DNA from: Candidatus Bipolaricaulota bacterium
GTDB taxonomy: Bacteria; Bipolaricaulota; Bipolaricaulia; UBA7950; UBA9294
DNA: 64,000 nt
Direction: 5' to 3'
NCBI GenBank assembly: GCA_018817505.1
Contig: JAHITR010000083.1
Span: 52-64,051, forward strand
Shown: positions 19,315 through 28,941 of the stretch, in pieces
Position numbering within the stretch: position 1 is the stretch's first letter
How the letters are laid out: each line of letters starts with the position of its first letter
Notes under the pieces: generated by a model
Databases searched by the model: none
Seen by the model: the letters and a program-made list of their open reading frames with translations, nothing else
Told to the model about the DNA's origin: nothing
Position numbers and translations under genes: made by a program

Positions 19315-20159
19315 TTCTCCACCCCTTCAGCCTGCTTGGCCATATAAGCATCCATGGAACATGACTCCTCATCGTGATAGTAGCCTTGTCGCAACATGAG
19401 CAGATCGAAGTCGACCTGATGCCCGTCGAATTCGGGACCATCGACGCAAGCGAATTTCGCCACGCCTCCCACGTTCACGCGACATCCGCCACACATACCC
19501 GTTCCGTCGATCATGACGGAGTTCAAGCTAACGATTGTTGGTACTGCAAACGGGCGCGTGATGTCAGCACAAACCTTCATCATGATGGCCGGGCCAATGG
19601 ACCAGACACGGTCGATCTTTCGTCCAGATTCAAGAATCTGCTTGAGCGGATCGGAGACGAATCCCTGCTTGCCGTAGGATCCATCATTGGTCATGATGAT
19701 CAATTCGTCACAGGATGAGGCAAACTCCTCTTCATAGAACATCAGGTCACGACTGCGATATCCGATGATCCCGATCACCGTATTCCCAGCTGCCTTGAGC
19801 GCTCTTACAATCGGGTAAAGAGGGGCAATGCCTACGCCTCCGCCCACACAGACTACGGTTCCGTAATTCTCTATCTCAGTCGCCTCGCCAAGTGGTCCAG
19901 CGAAATCGAGGATGCTGTCTCCCTCGTGGAATTGTTCACCCATCTCTCGGGTGCTCTTTCCCACTTCCTGGATGACCAAAGTTACGCCGCCCGTTTCGGG
20001 ATCGACGTTCACGATGGTCAGCGGAATCCGCTCGCCTTTCTCGTGCAGCCTCAGTACGATGAACTGGCCTGCCTTTCCCACCCGAGCGATGTCAGGTGCT
20101 TCAATCACATACTCGCGTATGCCGGGTCCAAGCGTTCGCTTCGTGAGAATCTTGTACAC
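19311..20159 (-). CDS. nfnA: NfnA-like (PyrK/SudB family) FAD/[2Fe-2S] ferredoxin-NADP reductase subunit
   Basis: FNR-like fold with C-terminal Cys cluster CGGCRV...C. 282 aa. 4-nt overlap with nfnB. Confidence 0.65.
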   Translation of the reverse strand: MYKILTKRTLGPGIREYVIEAPDIARVGKAGQFIVLRLHEKGERIPLTIVNVDPETGGVTLVIQEVGKSTREMGEQFHEGDSILDFAGPLGEATEIENYGTVVCVGGGVGIAPLYPIVRALKAAGNTVIGIIGYRSRDLMFYEEEFASSCDELIIMTNDGSYGKQGFVSDPLKQILESGRKIDRVWSIGPAIMMKVCADITRPFAVPTIVSLNSVMIDGTGMCGGCRVNVGGVAKFACVDGPEFDGHQVDFDLLMLRQGYYHDEESCSMDAYMAKQAEGVEK

Positions 20160-20280
20160 GATGGTTGCTCCTCCTGACTACACAAATCGGCCCTTGGTGC
20201 CGGCCGGCGCCGCATTATCGTTCACCTGCCATGGGGTCTCAACTTCTTGATCAACCGCAATTTGCGTACAATGGCTCCTT

Positions 20281-20934
20281 ATGACCCAGCGCTACTACAT
20301 CGAGACCGATGGCAGAATCTTCCTCGTCTCGCGAGATGGACGCCTTGATTTGCCCATAAAGAGCGAAATCCCCTTCGAATTCGAGATTGTTGCTCCGCTG
20401 GCTCCGTGTTCAGAGGTCGTGTTCTGTGTACCAAATCTCACGGCCCACCCATCTCATTGGATGAGCAAGGACGTTGTGCCTGTGGATCCCAACGTTACGC
20501 CTTGCGTTCGCGAAGCCGTTCATGCGACCATGCCCCGCGTGGTGACCGAAGGCGTCGTTGTCCAGAACGATTCGGTCCTGCTGCTCAAGGGAAGCCGAGG
20601 CCTAACCAAGGATCTTTGGACACTGCCCGGGGGATTCATTCGATTCGGAGAGGGGCCAGTCGATGGATTGCTTCGCGAAATCCGAGAGGAACTCCGCGTA
20701 GACGCGGAAATTGAGGATCTACTGGCTGTCCACTCCAAATTGGGTGACCATACGCTGCTTCATTGGACCGAATTCTTCTATCGAGTCACACTGCTCGGTG
20801 AGGTTTCTCCAGATCCGGATGAGATTGCCGAAGCTCGATTCTTCGAACTCGACAAGGGGGCCAGGCTCTTGGCCGACCCCCTGATGCGCGAGGTGATCGA
20901 GTCTCTCAGCGCAGGACGATTGCGCCTAGAGTAG
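20281..20934 (+). CDS. NUDIX hydrolase
   Basis: Nudix box GGFIRFGEGPVDGLLREIREELRV. Confidence 0.8.
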   Translation: MTQRYYIETDGRIFLVSRDGRLDLPIKSEIPFEFEIVAPLAPCSEVVFCVPNLTAHPSHWMSKDVVPVDPNVTPCVREAVHATMPRVVTEGVVVQNDSVLLLKGSRGLTKDLWTLPGGFIRFGEGPVDGLLREIREELRVDAEIEDLLAVHSKLGDHTLLHWTEFFYRVTLLGEVSPDPDEIAEARFFELDKGARLLADPLMREVIESLSAGRLRLE

Positions 20935-22047
20935 ATCCATCTGAATGGACAGCTGTATGTCAACGCTCCATTCCAGGTAATACGGTCTGTACTCAAGGAA
21001 CACGCCTGCAACCACATTGGCCGTATCTACAGGGGAGAGCACGAATTCCAAAACAATCCGATGCGTATCTGTGGGCAAACCTGCCCAGGTTTCTCGGGCA
21101 AAATCGTACGTCGCGTTGGCAGACAAGAAGCTGGAGATGAAATAGTCGTACGAGCCTTTGAGGTCGATGCGGTGCGTCGTCAGGATATCGGGAGAGCCCG
21201 AGAATGATCCCTGCATCAGTAGCTGCGCTGTGGGCGTCGTGGCCAATGCATAGTTGAAGGCTCCCGAGAACAGAAGGTCATTGCCGCCGCCTGAGGGATC
21301 GAGCAATTCATACCCCAATCCAATCTTCAGATCCCATCCGCAGTAGCGAGAAAAACCTTCTTCACGAATGAACCGGGTAATCTCGGAAATATCCAAGGCA
21401 TCTAGGCCGCCCAATCGAACCAATCCTGAGTTCTCTATCACCTCTTGGATCACGGCCAGCAACTCGGCCAATGATTCGTAGGATGCTGAACTTCCGATCT
21501 CCCGAGCTAGAATCTCAAGATCAACAGGGTGCAGATCATGACTGAGCGAACCTCGATCGACCAAGTAGTCGTTAATCCGCATCGCCTTCGCCAACGGGGT
21601 GACATCCGCGAATCGCCCTGTTCCGATGCCCAGATTGAATGCCAACCCAAGCTTCTGGAAGGACGAAGAGCTTTGAGACCTGGCTCCGGCAAAGGCAAAC
21701 AAGTTCTCTTCAGTCGAGAAGTACCGCTTATAGTTACCGTCTGCATTGATCTCATAGGTCGTCAGACTGTCAGCTGTCACGGTCATGTCATTGGCAAATG
21801 AGATGTCAAACCCATACTCGGGAATGTCGAACAACCGCACATACTCCACGCCAAGTTGCCCCTGATTGATGTCGCGATTCTCTAGTCCGTAGGGATCATT
21901 GTGGTATTGATACGAGAAGTTCAGCATCAAATTGGAGAGGTCCGTTTTCGGGGACCGGTAGTCGCAAAGAGGAACAGCCACTCCTGTCCATGTAAGGGCA
22001 CACAGTGCCAGCAACACAATGGCAATAGACCGGCGCATCAAGATCAC
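20926..22047 (-). CDS. secreted protein with signal peptide, predicted beta-rich (possible outer-membrane beta-barrel)
   Basis: N-terminal signal peptide and alternating hydrophobic pattern throughout. No enzymatic motifs. Confidence 0.4.
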   Translation of the reverse strand: MILMRRSIAIVLLALCALTWTGVAVPLCDYRSPKTDLSNLMLNFSYQYHNDPYGLENRDINQGQLGVEYVRLFDIPEYGFDISFANDMTVTADSLTTYEINADGNYKRYFSTEENLFAFAGARSQSSSSFQKLGLAFNLGIGTGRFADVTPLAKAMRINDYLVDRGSLSHDLHPVDLEILAREIGSSASYESLAELLAVIQEVIENSGLVRLGGLDALDISEITRFIREEGFSRYCGWDLKIGLGYELLDPSGGGNDLLFSGAFNYALATTPTAQLLMQGSFSGSPDILTTHRIDLKGSYDYFISSFLSANATYDFARETWAGLPTDTHRIVLEFVLSPVDTANVVAGVFLEYRPYYLEWSVDIQLSIQMDLL

Positions 22048-22159
22048 CTCGACCTAACCGTATCCCGAAGCGAACAAAGATCCATTGAATCGTTCCTGTG
22101 TGGGGGTGCCTGTTGTCCAACTTGGGAAAGACGGACTCCGAAATGATGCGGATCAAACC

Positions 22160-23263
22160 CTATAGCCAGTCAGGGAACAATGGAAGCTGGCGCGCGATGG
22201 ATTCCACGATACCGCCCAACCCTACGCCCAGGAGGCGAATCCCCCCTTCGTTGAGAGGCACACGATTCCTGAGCAGGTCTAGGGCCAGAGATTCAATCAC
22301 TTCAGGCGCATCCGTCCCCGTATCTAACTGCGTTTGCCGAGTAATGGTCTTGAAATTGGGATAGCGAACCTTGACCCGCACGACACGGCAAATCAGATTC
22401 TCGGCCCGTAGCGATTGGGCGACCTGCTGCACGAGACGGCACACCTCCAATTCCATCTCCTCAAGATCATCGACATCAAATGCATACGTCGTCTCGCGCG
22501 AGATCGATTTGGAGTCAACTTCACCCGAAAGCGGAGTCTCATCAATTCCCATGGCCAATTGCTGCAACCGTCGCCCCGACGCTCCCAATTCCCTAACCAA
22601 CAAGTCTGCGGGAGCCAACCTGAGATCCCTCACACGGAGCAGGCCAAGGCTGGTCAGCCGTTTGGCCGTCACCTTGCCGACTCCCCAGATCTGCGCCACG
22701 GGCAGAGGGTCCAGGATTTCGCGGATCTGGTCAGGATCAATCACTTTGAATCCGTTGGGCTTGTCCATTTCGGATCCCAATTTGGAAAGAAAGCGATTGG
22801 GCGCCAATCCAACGGAGCAGGTGAGTTTCGTTTCAGCTTGAACGTCTCGCTTGATGGTCTTTGCTGTCTGATGAATGGCCTCAAAACTGGGGCCGCGTTC
22901 CGAGAGATCAAAAAAGGCTTCGTCAAGAGAAATCGTTTCGATCGTCGGGCAAAAGCGTTTCAAGATCGTTCGGACGTGCTCGGAGATCTCACGATAGCGG
23001 TGAAAACGCGGCATCACATAGATCCCCTCAGGACAGAGCCTTCTGGCTACAGCCGTCGGCAGCGAACTGTGCACGCCATAGGGGCGAGCTTCGTAGGACG
23101 CCGTAGATACGACACCGCGCGGCCCGAGGCCTCCAACAATGACTGGCAGCCCACGGTACTCAGGATGATCCAGCTGTTCCACAGCCGCAAAGAACGCATC
23201 CATATCCAGATGCCCTATCCATCGCTCAACCGGTACATTCACAGAAGGATTCCTAGACGGCAT
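22160..23263 (-). CDS. dinB: DNA polymerase IV (Y-family)
   Basis: HLDMDAFFAAVEQ N-terminal catalytic motif. Complete Y-family domain set. Confidence 0.85.
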   Translation of the reverse strand: MPSRNPSVNVPVERWIGHLDMDAFFAAVEQLDHPEYRGLPVIVGGLGPRGVVSTASYEARPYGVHSSLPTAVARRLCPEGIYVMPRFHRYREISEHVRTILKRFCPTIETISLDEAFFDLSERGPSFEAIHQTAKTIKRDVQAETKLTCSVGLAPNRFLSKLGSEMDKPNGFKVIDPDQIREILDPLPVAQIWGVGKVTAKRLTSLGLLRVRDLRLAPADLLVRELGASGRRLQQLAMGIDETPLSGEVDSKSISRETTYAFDVDDLEEMELEVCRLVQQVAQSLRAENLICRVVRVKVRYPNFKTITRQTQLDTGTDAPEVIESLALDLLRNRVPLNEGGIRLLGVGLGGIVESIARQLPLFPDWL

Positions 23264-23793
23264 AGGGCCTCCGCAGTTGGGCCGTGACCCAGGTTGTTGA
23301 TAATTCGATAGGCAGCAGGCCCGTATTCAGGGCTGTGATGTCCGATGTCATCCGTAGGTTGCACGCACGCGAGTTGTTCGAACGAAAATGGAATCTCATT
23401 CGCACGCGCACTGTGCAAGATCATCGCCCAAGCCCATTCATAGGATTCGCGGTGACCGGCCTTCAGCGGCTGGGCCAGAAGGAGTCGCGACAGATCGTAG
23501 TGCGACAGTCCCATCCCTTTGCAGGGGCCCAAGTGGAGCCGTGCGACCTTGCTGAGCGGGTGAATGCGCTGAAGAACGGTCCCATCCAATGCTGCACCCG
23601 TCAACCCATCCCATTCCATGGCCAAATCCCTGACGAAATTGTCGGAACTTCTCAACAGATGATCACACCCGAAACAGGCTTGGTAGACCAGTTTCTGCAA
23701 ATCGCGAGCGGTCATGAGAGAATGCCGCTGGTATTCATCCGCGATGATGCCGGGCCATGTTCGTTGCGCTTGCCCTTTGTCACTCATAGTCAT
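23239..23793 (-). CDS. conserved hypothetical protein (start uncertain)
   Basis: The ORF-caller's N-terminal 71 aa are antisense to the NTPase P-loop. Start moved to ATG 23793/23787, or possibly 23715. Confidence 0.35.
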   Translation of the reverse strand: MTMSDKGQAQRTWPGIIADEYQRHSLMTARDLQKLVYQACFGCDHLLRSSDNFVRDLAMEWDGLTGAALDGTVLQRIHPLSKVARLHLGPCKGMGLSHYDLSRLLLAQPLKAGHRESYEWAWAMILHSARANEIPFSFEQLACVQPTDDIGHHSPEYGPAAYRIINNLGHGPTAEALCRLGILL

Positions 23794-23812
23794 GAGGATA
23801 GAATCGACTGAA

Positions 23813-24337
23813 ATGCAGATCAAGGAACGCGTGGCAATCACCGGTCGTCCGGGGGTCGGGAAGACGACGCTCATCGAGCGCGTCATCGAGTCTTTGCCTT
23901 TGTCTGCGGGCGGCATCGTTGGCAAAGAGATTCTTGTGTGCGGCCACCGCGTAGGCTTCAGTCTCATCGATGTGGCCACCGGCCAGGAAGGCATCCTTGC
24001 CCACATTCATCAGCGAATAGGCCCCCAGATCGGAAAATACACGGTTAATCTGGACACACTTCATCGTCTTGCCATCCCGGCCATTTATTCCGCGATTCAA
24101 TCGAAGGACTTGGTTATCATCGATGAATTCGCACCCATGGAACTGGTGTCGATCGATTTTATTCCCGCGGTTGAAGCTGCATTGGCGTCGGACAAGCCAC
24201 TCATCATTGCCACACATGCGACCCTGGACCACCCGCTTGTTCATCGGATTCGTCAGGAACTGAAGCTATTCCGCGTGAAGCTTAGCAACCGGGATCGTCT
24301 GGTCGCCGAAGTGTGTGACTATCTCAGCGGTCGCTAG
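23813..24337 (+). CDS. THEP1-type nucleoside-triphosphatase (P-loop NTPase)
   Basis: Walker A ITGRPGVGKTTL right at the N-terminus. About 175 aa, as in MJ1559/THEP1. Confidence 0.65.
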   Translation: MQIKERVAITGRPGVGKTTLIERVIESLPLSAGGIVGKEILVCGHRVGFSLIDVATGQEGILAHIHQRIGPQIGKYTVNLDTLHRLAIPAIYSAIQSKDLVIIDEFAPMELVSIDFIPAVEAALASDKPLIIATHATLDHPLVHRIRQELKLFRVKLSNRDRLVAEVCDYLSGR

Positions 24338-24477
24338 ATAGGTTCAAACCTCGCGCGAACAAAAGGCGAGTCGCTTCACAACGAACTTGGCTCAGATGAG
24401 GGGCCCCAGATCTCTGCCGGAACCGTCATCGCTGCATAGATGTATCGAGTGGACACGTCGCGCGCGTTTTGTTCGAA

Positions 24478-25428
24478 CTATCTGGCAACTTTGCTCAATG
24501 CCTGCCGGGTTGCTGCCACCAGGCCATCGACATCGAGCCCGTAGTGAGCCAGCAATGCGTCCGCATTGCCTGATTGGCCAAACCGGTCGTCGACGCCCAC
24601 GCGAACAACGGGAGTGGGAAGCTCTTCGGACAGCAGTTCACAGATGGCACTTCCCAGTCCATTGGCGATCTGGTGCTCTTCGACCGTCACAACCACGCCC
24701 GTCTTCGTTGCAGAAGCCAAGATCGTGTCACGATCCAGCGGCTTGATCGTCGAGACATTGAGCACTTCGGCAGCGATGCCACTGGCAGCAAGCACTTCAC
24801 GTGCTTCCAGGGCGACTGACACCATCAAGCCGCAGGCGGCGATGGTCACATCTGCACCTTGAGCCAAGATCTCGGCCTTGCCGAACTCGAAGGCGTGATT
24901 TTCGTCATGAATCACTGGGAACGGGGAGCGAGCCAACCGCACATACACTGGACCTTCATCGAAGGATGCGACAAACCGAATGGCACTGGATGCTTCGATC
25001 GCGTCGGCAGGAACGATCACGCTCATATTGGGGAGCACGCGCATGTTGGCAATATCTTCCAACATCTGATGGCTGGCGCCATCTTCACCGACGGTCAGGC
25101 CAGCATGCGTCGCCACAATGCGAACCGGGGTCTTTGGATAGGCCACGACTTGGCGAATTTGCTCCCACACTTTGCCCGTAGCGAACATGGCAAACGTCGA
25201 CACGAAGGGACGAAATCCGGACAGAGCTAAACCTGCCGCCGTTCCAATCATGTTCGCTTCTGCCACACCCATATTGAAGAAGCGATCCGGATGTTGGGCT
25301 GCAAACGCGTCTGTCTTCGTCGATCCTGCCAGATCCGCCGTCAGCACAACGATTCGAGGATCCTCGTAGCCCAACTTGGCGAGTGTTTCGCCATACGCAT
25401 CACGGGTTCCGCGCATTGTAGTGAACAT
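24478..25428 (-). CDS. transketolase, C-terminal subunit
   Basis: Pyrimidine-binding and C-terminal transketolase domains. 316 aa. Confidence 0.75.
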   Translation of the reverse strand: MFTTMRGTRDAYGETLAKLGYEDPRIVVLTADLAGSTKTDAFAAQHPDRFFNMGVAEANMIGTAAGLALSGFRPFVSTFAMFATGKVWEQIRQVVAYPKTPVRIVATHAGLTVGEDGASHQMLEDIANMRVLPNMSVIVPADAIEASSAIRFVASFDEGPVYVRLARSPFPVIHDENHAFEFGKAEILAQGADVTIAACGLMVSVALEAREVLAASGIAAEVLNVSTIKPLDRDTILASATKTGVVVTVEEHQIANGLGSAICELLSEELPTPVVRVGVDDRFGQSGNADALLAHYGLDVDGLVAATRQALSKVAR

Positions 25429-26066
25429 TATCGGGGGACTCCTTCCCAGTCTTTGAGAAATCGCTGGATGCCCAAGTCAGTCAGTGGATGATTGAACGCT
25501 TTCTTGAGCACGTCATACGGGACTGTGGCGATGTCAGCCCCCATCAGTGCGGAATCGAGCAAATGCCGTGGATGACGCACACTGGCCACCAGGATCTCCG
25601 TGGGGAAGACGTAGTTCTCGTAGCATTCACGAATCTCTGCGATCAGCCCCATGCCATCTGCGCCAATGTCGTCCAATCGCCCGACAAATGGAGACACAAA
25701 TGTGGCGCCACACTTGGCAGCCATCATCGCTTGATTGGCGGAAAACACGAGCGTGACGTTGGTACGAATGCCTTCGTTCGTCAGGATTTGGACGGCTTTC
25801 ATTCCAGATTCTGTCATCGGAATCTTGATGACGATGTTGTCGTGAATGGAAGCGAGTTCCTTGCCTTCAGCAACCATCTCATCAGTCTTCAATCCAATGA
25901 CTTCGGCGCTCACTGGGCCATCAACAAGTTCACAAATCTCGGCGATAATGTCACGAAATGGCCGACTCTCTTTGGCAACCAACGATGGATTGGTCGTTAC
26001 GCCGTCCACCAACCACGCCATGTCCCGAATCTCTGAAATGTTTGCGGTGTCAATGAAAAGCTTCAC
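25428..26066 (-). CDS. fsa: fructose-6-phosphate aldolase / TalC-type transaldolase
   Basis: [13 protein letters not shown]...TTNPSL signature. About 212 aa. Confidence 0.8.
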   Translation of the reverse strand: MKLFIDTANISEIRDMAWLVDGVTTNPSLVAKESRPFRDIIAEICELVDGPVSAEVIGLKTDEMVAEGKELASIHDNIVIKIPMTESGMKAVQILTNEGIRTNVTLVFSANQAMMAAKCGATFVSPFVGRLDDIGADGMGLIAEIRECYENYVFPTEILVASVRHPRHLLDSALMGADIATVPYDVLKKAFNHPLTDLGIQRFLKDWEGVPR

Positions 26067-26177
26067 GGACCCTCCTTCTCACGATGGAATCTTGTCCTTC
26101 TAGTGTATCCATACGAGATGGAAAGCACCATTTCCCGTGCGCGCCAAGTTGCGTGAGACAGAGTCCCCGGCTACCGT

Positions 26178-27575
26178 TTGTGCATCATGACGAAAACAGA
26201 CTTGGCGATCATTGGCGGAGGTCCTGGAGGTTACGTCTGTGCCATTCGTGCCGCACAACTGGGATTGGAAGTCACCCTTGTCGAAGAGAAGGCGCTGGGA
26301 GGGACGTGCCTCAATTGGGGCTGCATTCCCACCAAGGCTTTGTTTTCAGCCACCAAGCTGCTCTCGCAAGCAGCAGAGGCCCAAACCATCGGAATCACCT
26401 ACGCTTCTCCCTCCATTGATCTTAAAAAACTGGCGTCCTGGAAGGACCAAGTCGTGGGCACGCTCGTTGGCGGCATTGAGACATTGATGAGCAAAAGCAG
26501 CATCGACGTCATTCGCGCACGTGGCACGTTGGCAGGCGACGGTCGTGTTGCGCTGTCCACTGGCGCAGAGCTGTCTGCCGATCACATTGTCATCGCCACG
26601 GGTTCGGATACGGTCCAGATCCCGACATTCCCGTTTGATCATCCTGCAATCTGGTCATCGGACGATGCCCTTGCGCTCACGGAGATCCCCGAGAGGCTGG
26701 CCATCATCGGCGGAGGCGTTATCGGCTTGGAATTGGCCACCATCTACAATCGTTTGGGCTCGCGTGTCCTCGTGATCGAACTTCTTCCTGAGGTCTTGTC
26801 CACCGTGGATCTTGATCGCCGTACGATCTCGACACTCAAGCATTCATTGGCAAAGAACGGGATCAATGTGCTGACGAATACGGCTGCAGAAAGCTTCAAA
26901 CAACAGGGAGAGGACGTTATCTTGCGGACCGCAGACGGGACAGAGCATGTCGTGGATCGCATTCTCGTTGCAGTGGGGCGACGGCCGAAAACTCAAGATC
27001 TTGGCTTAGCGGCCTGCGGCGTGGAAGTGGACAAGCGTGGGTTCATCCGCGTCGATGATGCGCTTCAGACAACGGCACCTCACATCTATGCCATTGGCGA
27101 TGCCGTACTGGGGCCCATGCTAGCACACAAAGCGTCATCAGATGGCATTCGAGTGGCCGAGACTTTGGCTGGGAACGCATCACATGCCCTCGACTTCGAC
27201 TTCGTTCCACAAGCCATCTTCACAGATCCGGAAATCGCCTCTGTCGGACTTTCGGAAGCCAAGGCCAAGGCATCAGGGCAGGAGATTCTGATCGGACGAT
27301 TCCCATTCGCTGCCCTTGGGAAAGCCTTGGGAATGCGCGAGCCAGAAGGCTTCTTCCAAATCATTGCCGATAGCGAGAACCACAGAATTCTTGGCGTGCA
27401 GATCATTGGTGCCGAAGCGTCTGACCTCATCTCAGAGGCAGCAGTTGCCGTGCACAGCGATTTGACACTTGAGGCCATTGCCGATGCGATTCATCCGCAT
27501 CCGACCCTTCCCGAAGGATTGAAGGAGGCAGCAGAAAATGCCTTGGGAAGGGCTATTCATACCGTCAATCGCTAG
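26178..27575 (+). CDS. lpdA: dihydrolipoyl dehydrogenase
   Basis: GGTCLNWGCIPTK redox-active disulfide. FAD and NAD Rossmann folds. C-terminal dimerisation domain with HPTL. Confidence 0.85.
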   Translation: MCIMTKTDLAIIGGGPGGYVCAIRAAQLGLEVTLVEEKALGGTCLNWGCIPTKALFSATKLLSQAAEAQTIGITYASPSIDLKKLASWKDQVVGTLVGGIETLMSKSSIDVIRARGTLAGDGRVALSTGAELSADHIVIATGSDTVQIPTFPFDHPAIWSSDDALALTEIPERLAIIGGGVIGLELATIYNRLGSRVLVIELLPEVLSTVDLDRRTISTLKHSLAKNGINVLTNTAAESFKQQGEDVILRTADGTEHVVDRILVAVGRRPKTQDLGLAACGVEVDKRGFIRVDDALQTTAPHIYAIGDAVLGPMLAHKASSDGIRVAETLAGNASHALDFDFVPQAIFTDPEIASVGLSEAKAKASGQEILIGRFPFAALGKALGMREPEGFFQIIADSENHRILGVQIIGAEASDLISEAAVAVHSDLTLEAIADAIHPHPTLPEGLKEAAENALGRAIHTVNR

Positions 27576-28839
27576 CCATTGAGCCTTGGGGTTCGCTAGC
27601 CAGTCCCACGTCGGCATTGCCTTGAGGCAAGTCATTACCATGTTCTTCGATCCTTCGAAATGCGGGGATGAACAGGCTGGTCACAGCGACTCCCATGCAA
27701 ATGATGCCGGCAACCTTGAAGAGGAAGGGTATGCCCATCGAATCGCCTATAGGACCGGCAATCGCCAAGCCAATGGGTGTGGTAAGTGAGAACAGGCTTC
27801 CCAACAACCCAAACACACGCCCCTGCATTTCCGGCGGCACCGTGGCTTGCATGATGGCGGCAATGGGAGCGTCTGTTAGGGAAATGGCGAACCCAATCAG
27901 GAACACGCATACCATTCCCAGCCAAAACAGGTTCGCAGGTGTCAGTCCCAGTACCAGGGCGGCGGCACCCAAGCCCAGCATGCCAAGAAGAATCGTATAG
28001 ACCTTCTTCTTGAAGCCTCCCCAGAGACTCAGCAGAAGGCCACCCAATAGCATGCCCACGCCAACGCACACGCTAAAGGCGCTGTATTCGGCAGCGTCAC
28101 CGCCGAAGTGATTGCGAACCAGTAGCGGGAATAGCGAGAAGGCAGGCATTAGGACGATCTTGAGAACGGATGCACCGGCGAGCAGAACGAGCATGCCTGG
28201 CCAGTGCAGAACAAATCGTAGACCATCACGAGCATTGCTGATGAATGAGCTCGTTTTGATGGCTGCGATATGTTCTTCCTTCGGCTGGGGGATGACAATG
28301 AATAGCAGCGGAATCACCGCAAAAGCGGCTGTCGCTACATCGAACAACATGACGCCGTGCAACGGCATAAGAGCCAACAACAAGGCTCCCAGCGGGGCAC
28401 CAACCAAGTTAAGCAATCCGTGAATCGTCTGGTTCAGGCCGCTGATTCGTGTGTAGTGTTTCTGTGGAACCATCAAGGTCGTGGAAGCAGCCATCGCCGG
28501 ACTATGGAACGTTTCACCAAAGGATCGCGCCAGCATCACGATGTAGACGTGCCATACTTGCATCGATCCAGACCAAAACAGGAACGCCAGCCACAGCCCC
28601 ACCAGCGCGATGAACGAGTCAGCCACGATCATGACCACACGACGATTCCACCGATCGACCAATGCACCAACGAAAGGCCCCAGAAGAATAATGGGCAAGA
28701 AGGCCACCAGCGATGCCGTTGCCAAGACAGTGGCTGAGCCCGTTTCAAGTGTGAGCCACCAAACCAACGCAAATTGAGCTGCCCGGCTTCCGACAATCGA
28801 CAGTTGCTGCCCTGTCCATATCGTAAAGAATGGGGCCAT
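27565..28839 (-). CDS. MFS transporter
   Basis: 12 TM helices. Start placed at MAPFFTIWTG. Confidence 0.65.
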   Translation of the reverse strand: MAPFFTIWTGQQLSIVGSRAAQFALVWWLTLETGSATVLATASLVAFLPIILLGPFVGALVDRWNRRVVMIVADSFIALVGLWLAFLFWSGSMQVWHVYIVMLARSFGETFHSPAMAASTTLMVPQKHYTRISGLNQTIHGLLNLVGAPLGALLLALMPLHGVMLFDVATAAFAVIPLLFIVIPQPKEEHIAAIKTSSFISNARDGLRFVLHWPGMLVLLAGASVLKIVLMPAFSLFPLLVRNHFGGDAAEYSAFSVCVGVGMLLGGLLLSLWGGFKKKVYTILLGMLGLGAAALVLGLTPANLFWLGMVCVFLIGFAISLTDAPIAAIMQATVPPEMQGRVFGLLGSLFSLTTPIGLAIAGPIGDSMGIPFLFKVAGIICMGVAVTSLFIPAFRRIEEHGNDLPQGNADVGLASEPQGSMASD

Positions 28840-28941
28840 CCACTTTCTGTTGCCCACTTCCACGGTGTCTCCTTCTTGTCTGTGCTCTTTCTGTAGATTG
28901 CCAGATGGGCCGATGCCGAGGCACCGACCCTCTGGCATGCG

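Noticed and set aside
23794-24006. N-terminal 71 aa of ORF 23239..24006
   Set aside because: This stretch is exactly antisense to the NTPase Walker A region (VFPTPGRPVIATRS versus AITGRPGVGKTT), so it is not coding.
24338-24477. Long-range inverted repeat CGAACAAAA / TTTTGTTCG between the convergent NTPase and transketolase genes
   Set aside because: It is only 9 nt with a ~90-nt spacer. At most it is a weak bidirectional terminator, and it has no coding or regulatory support.
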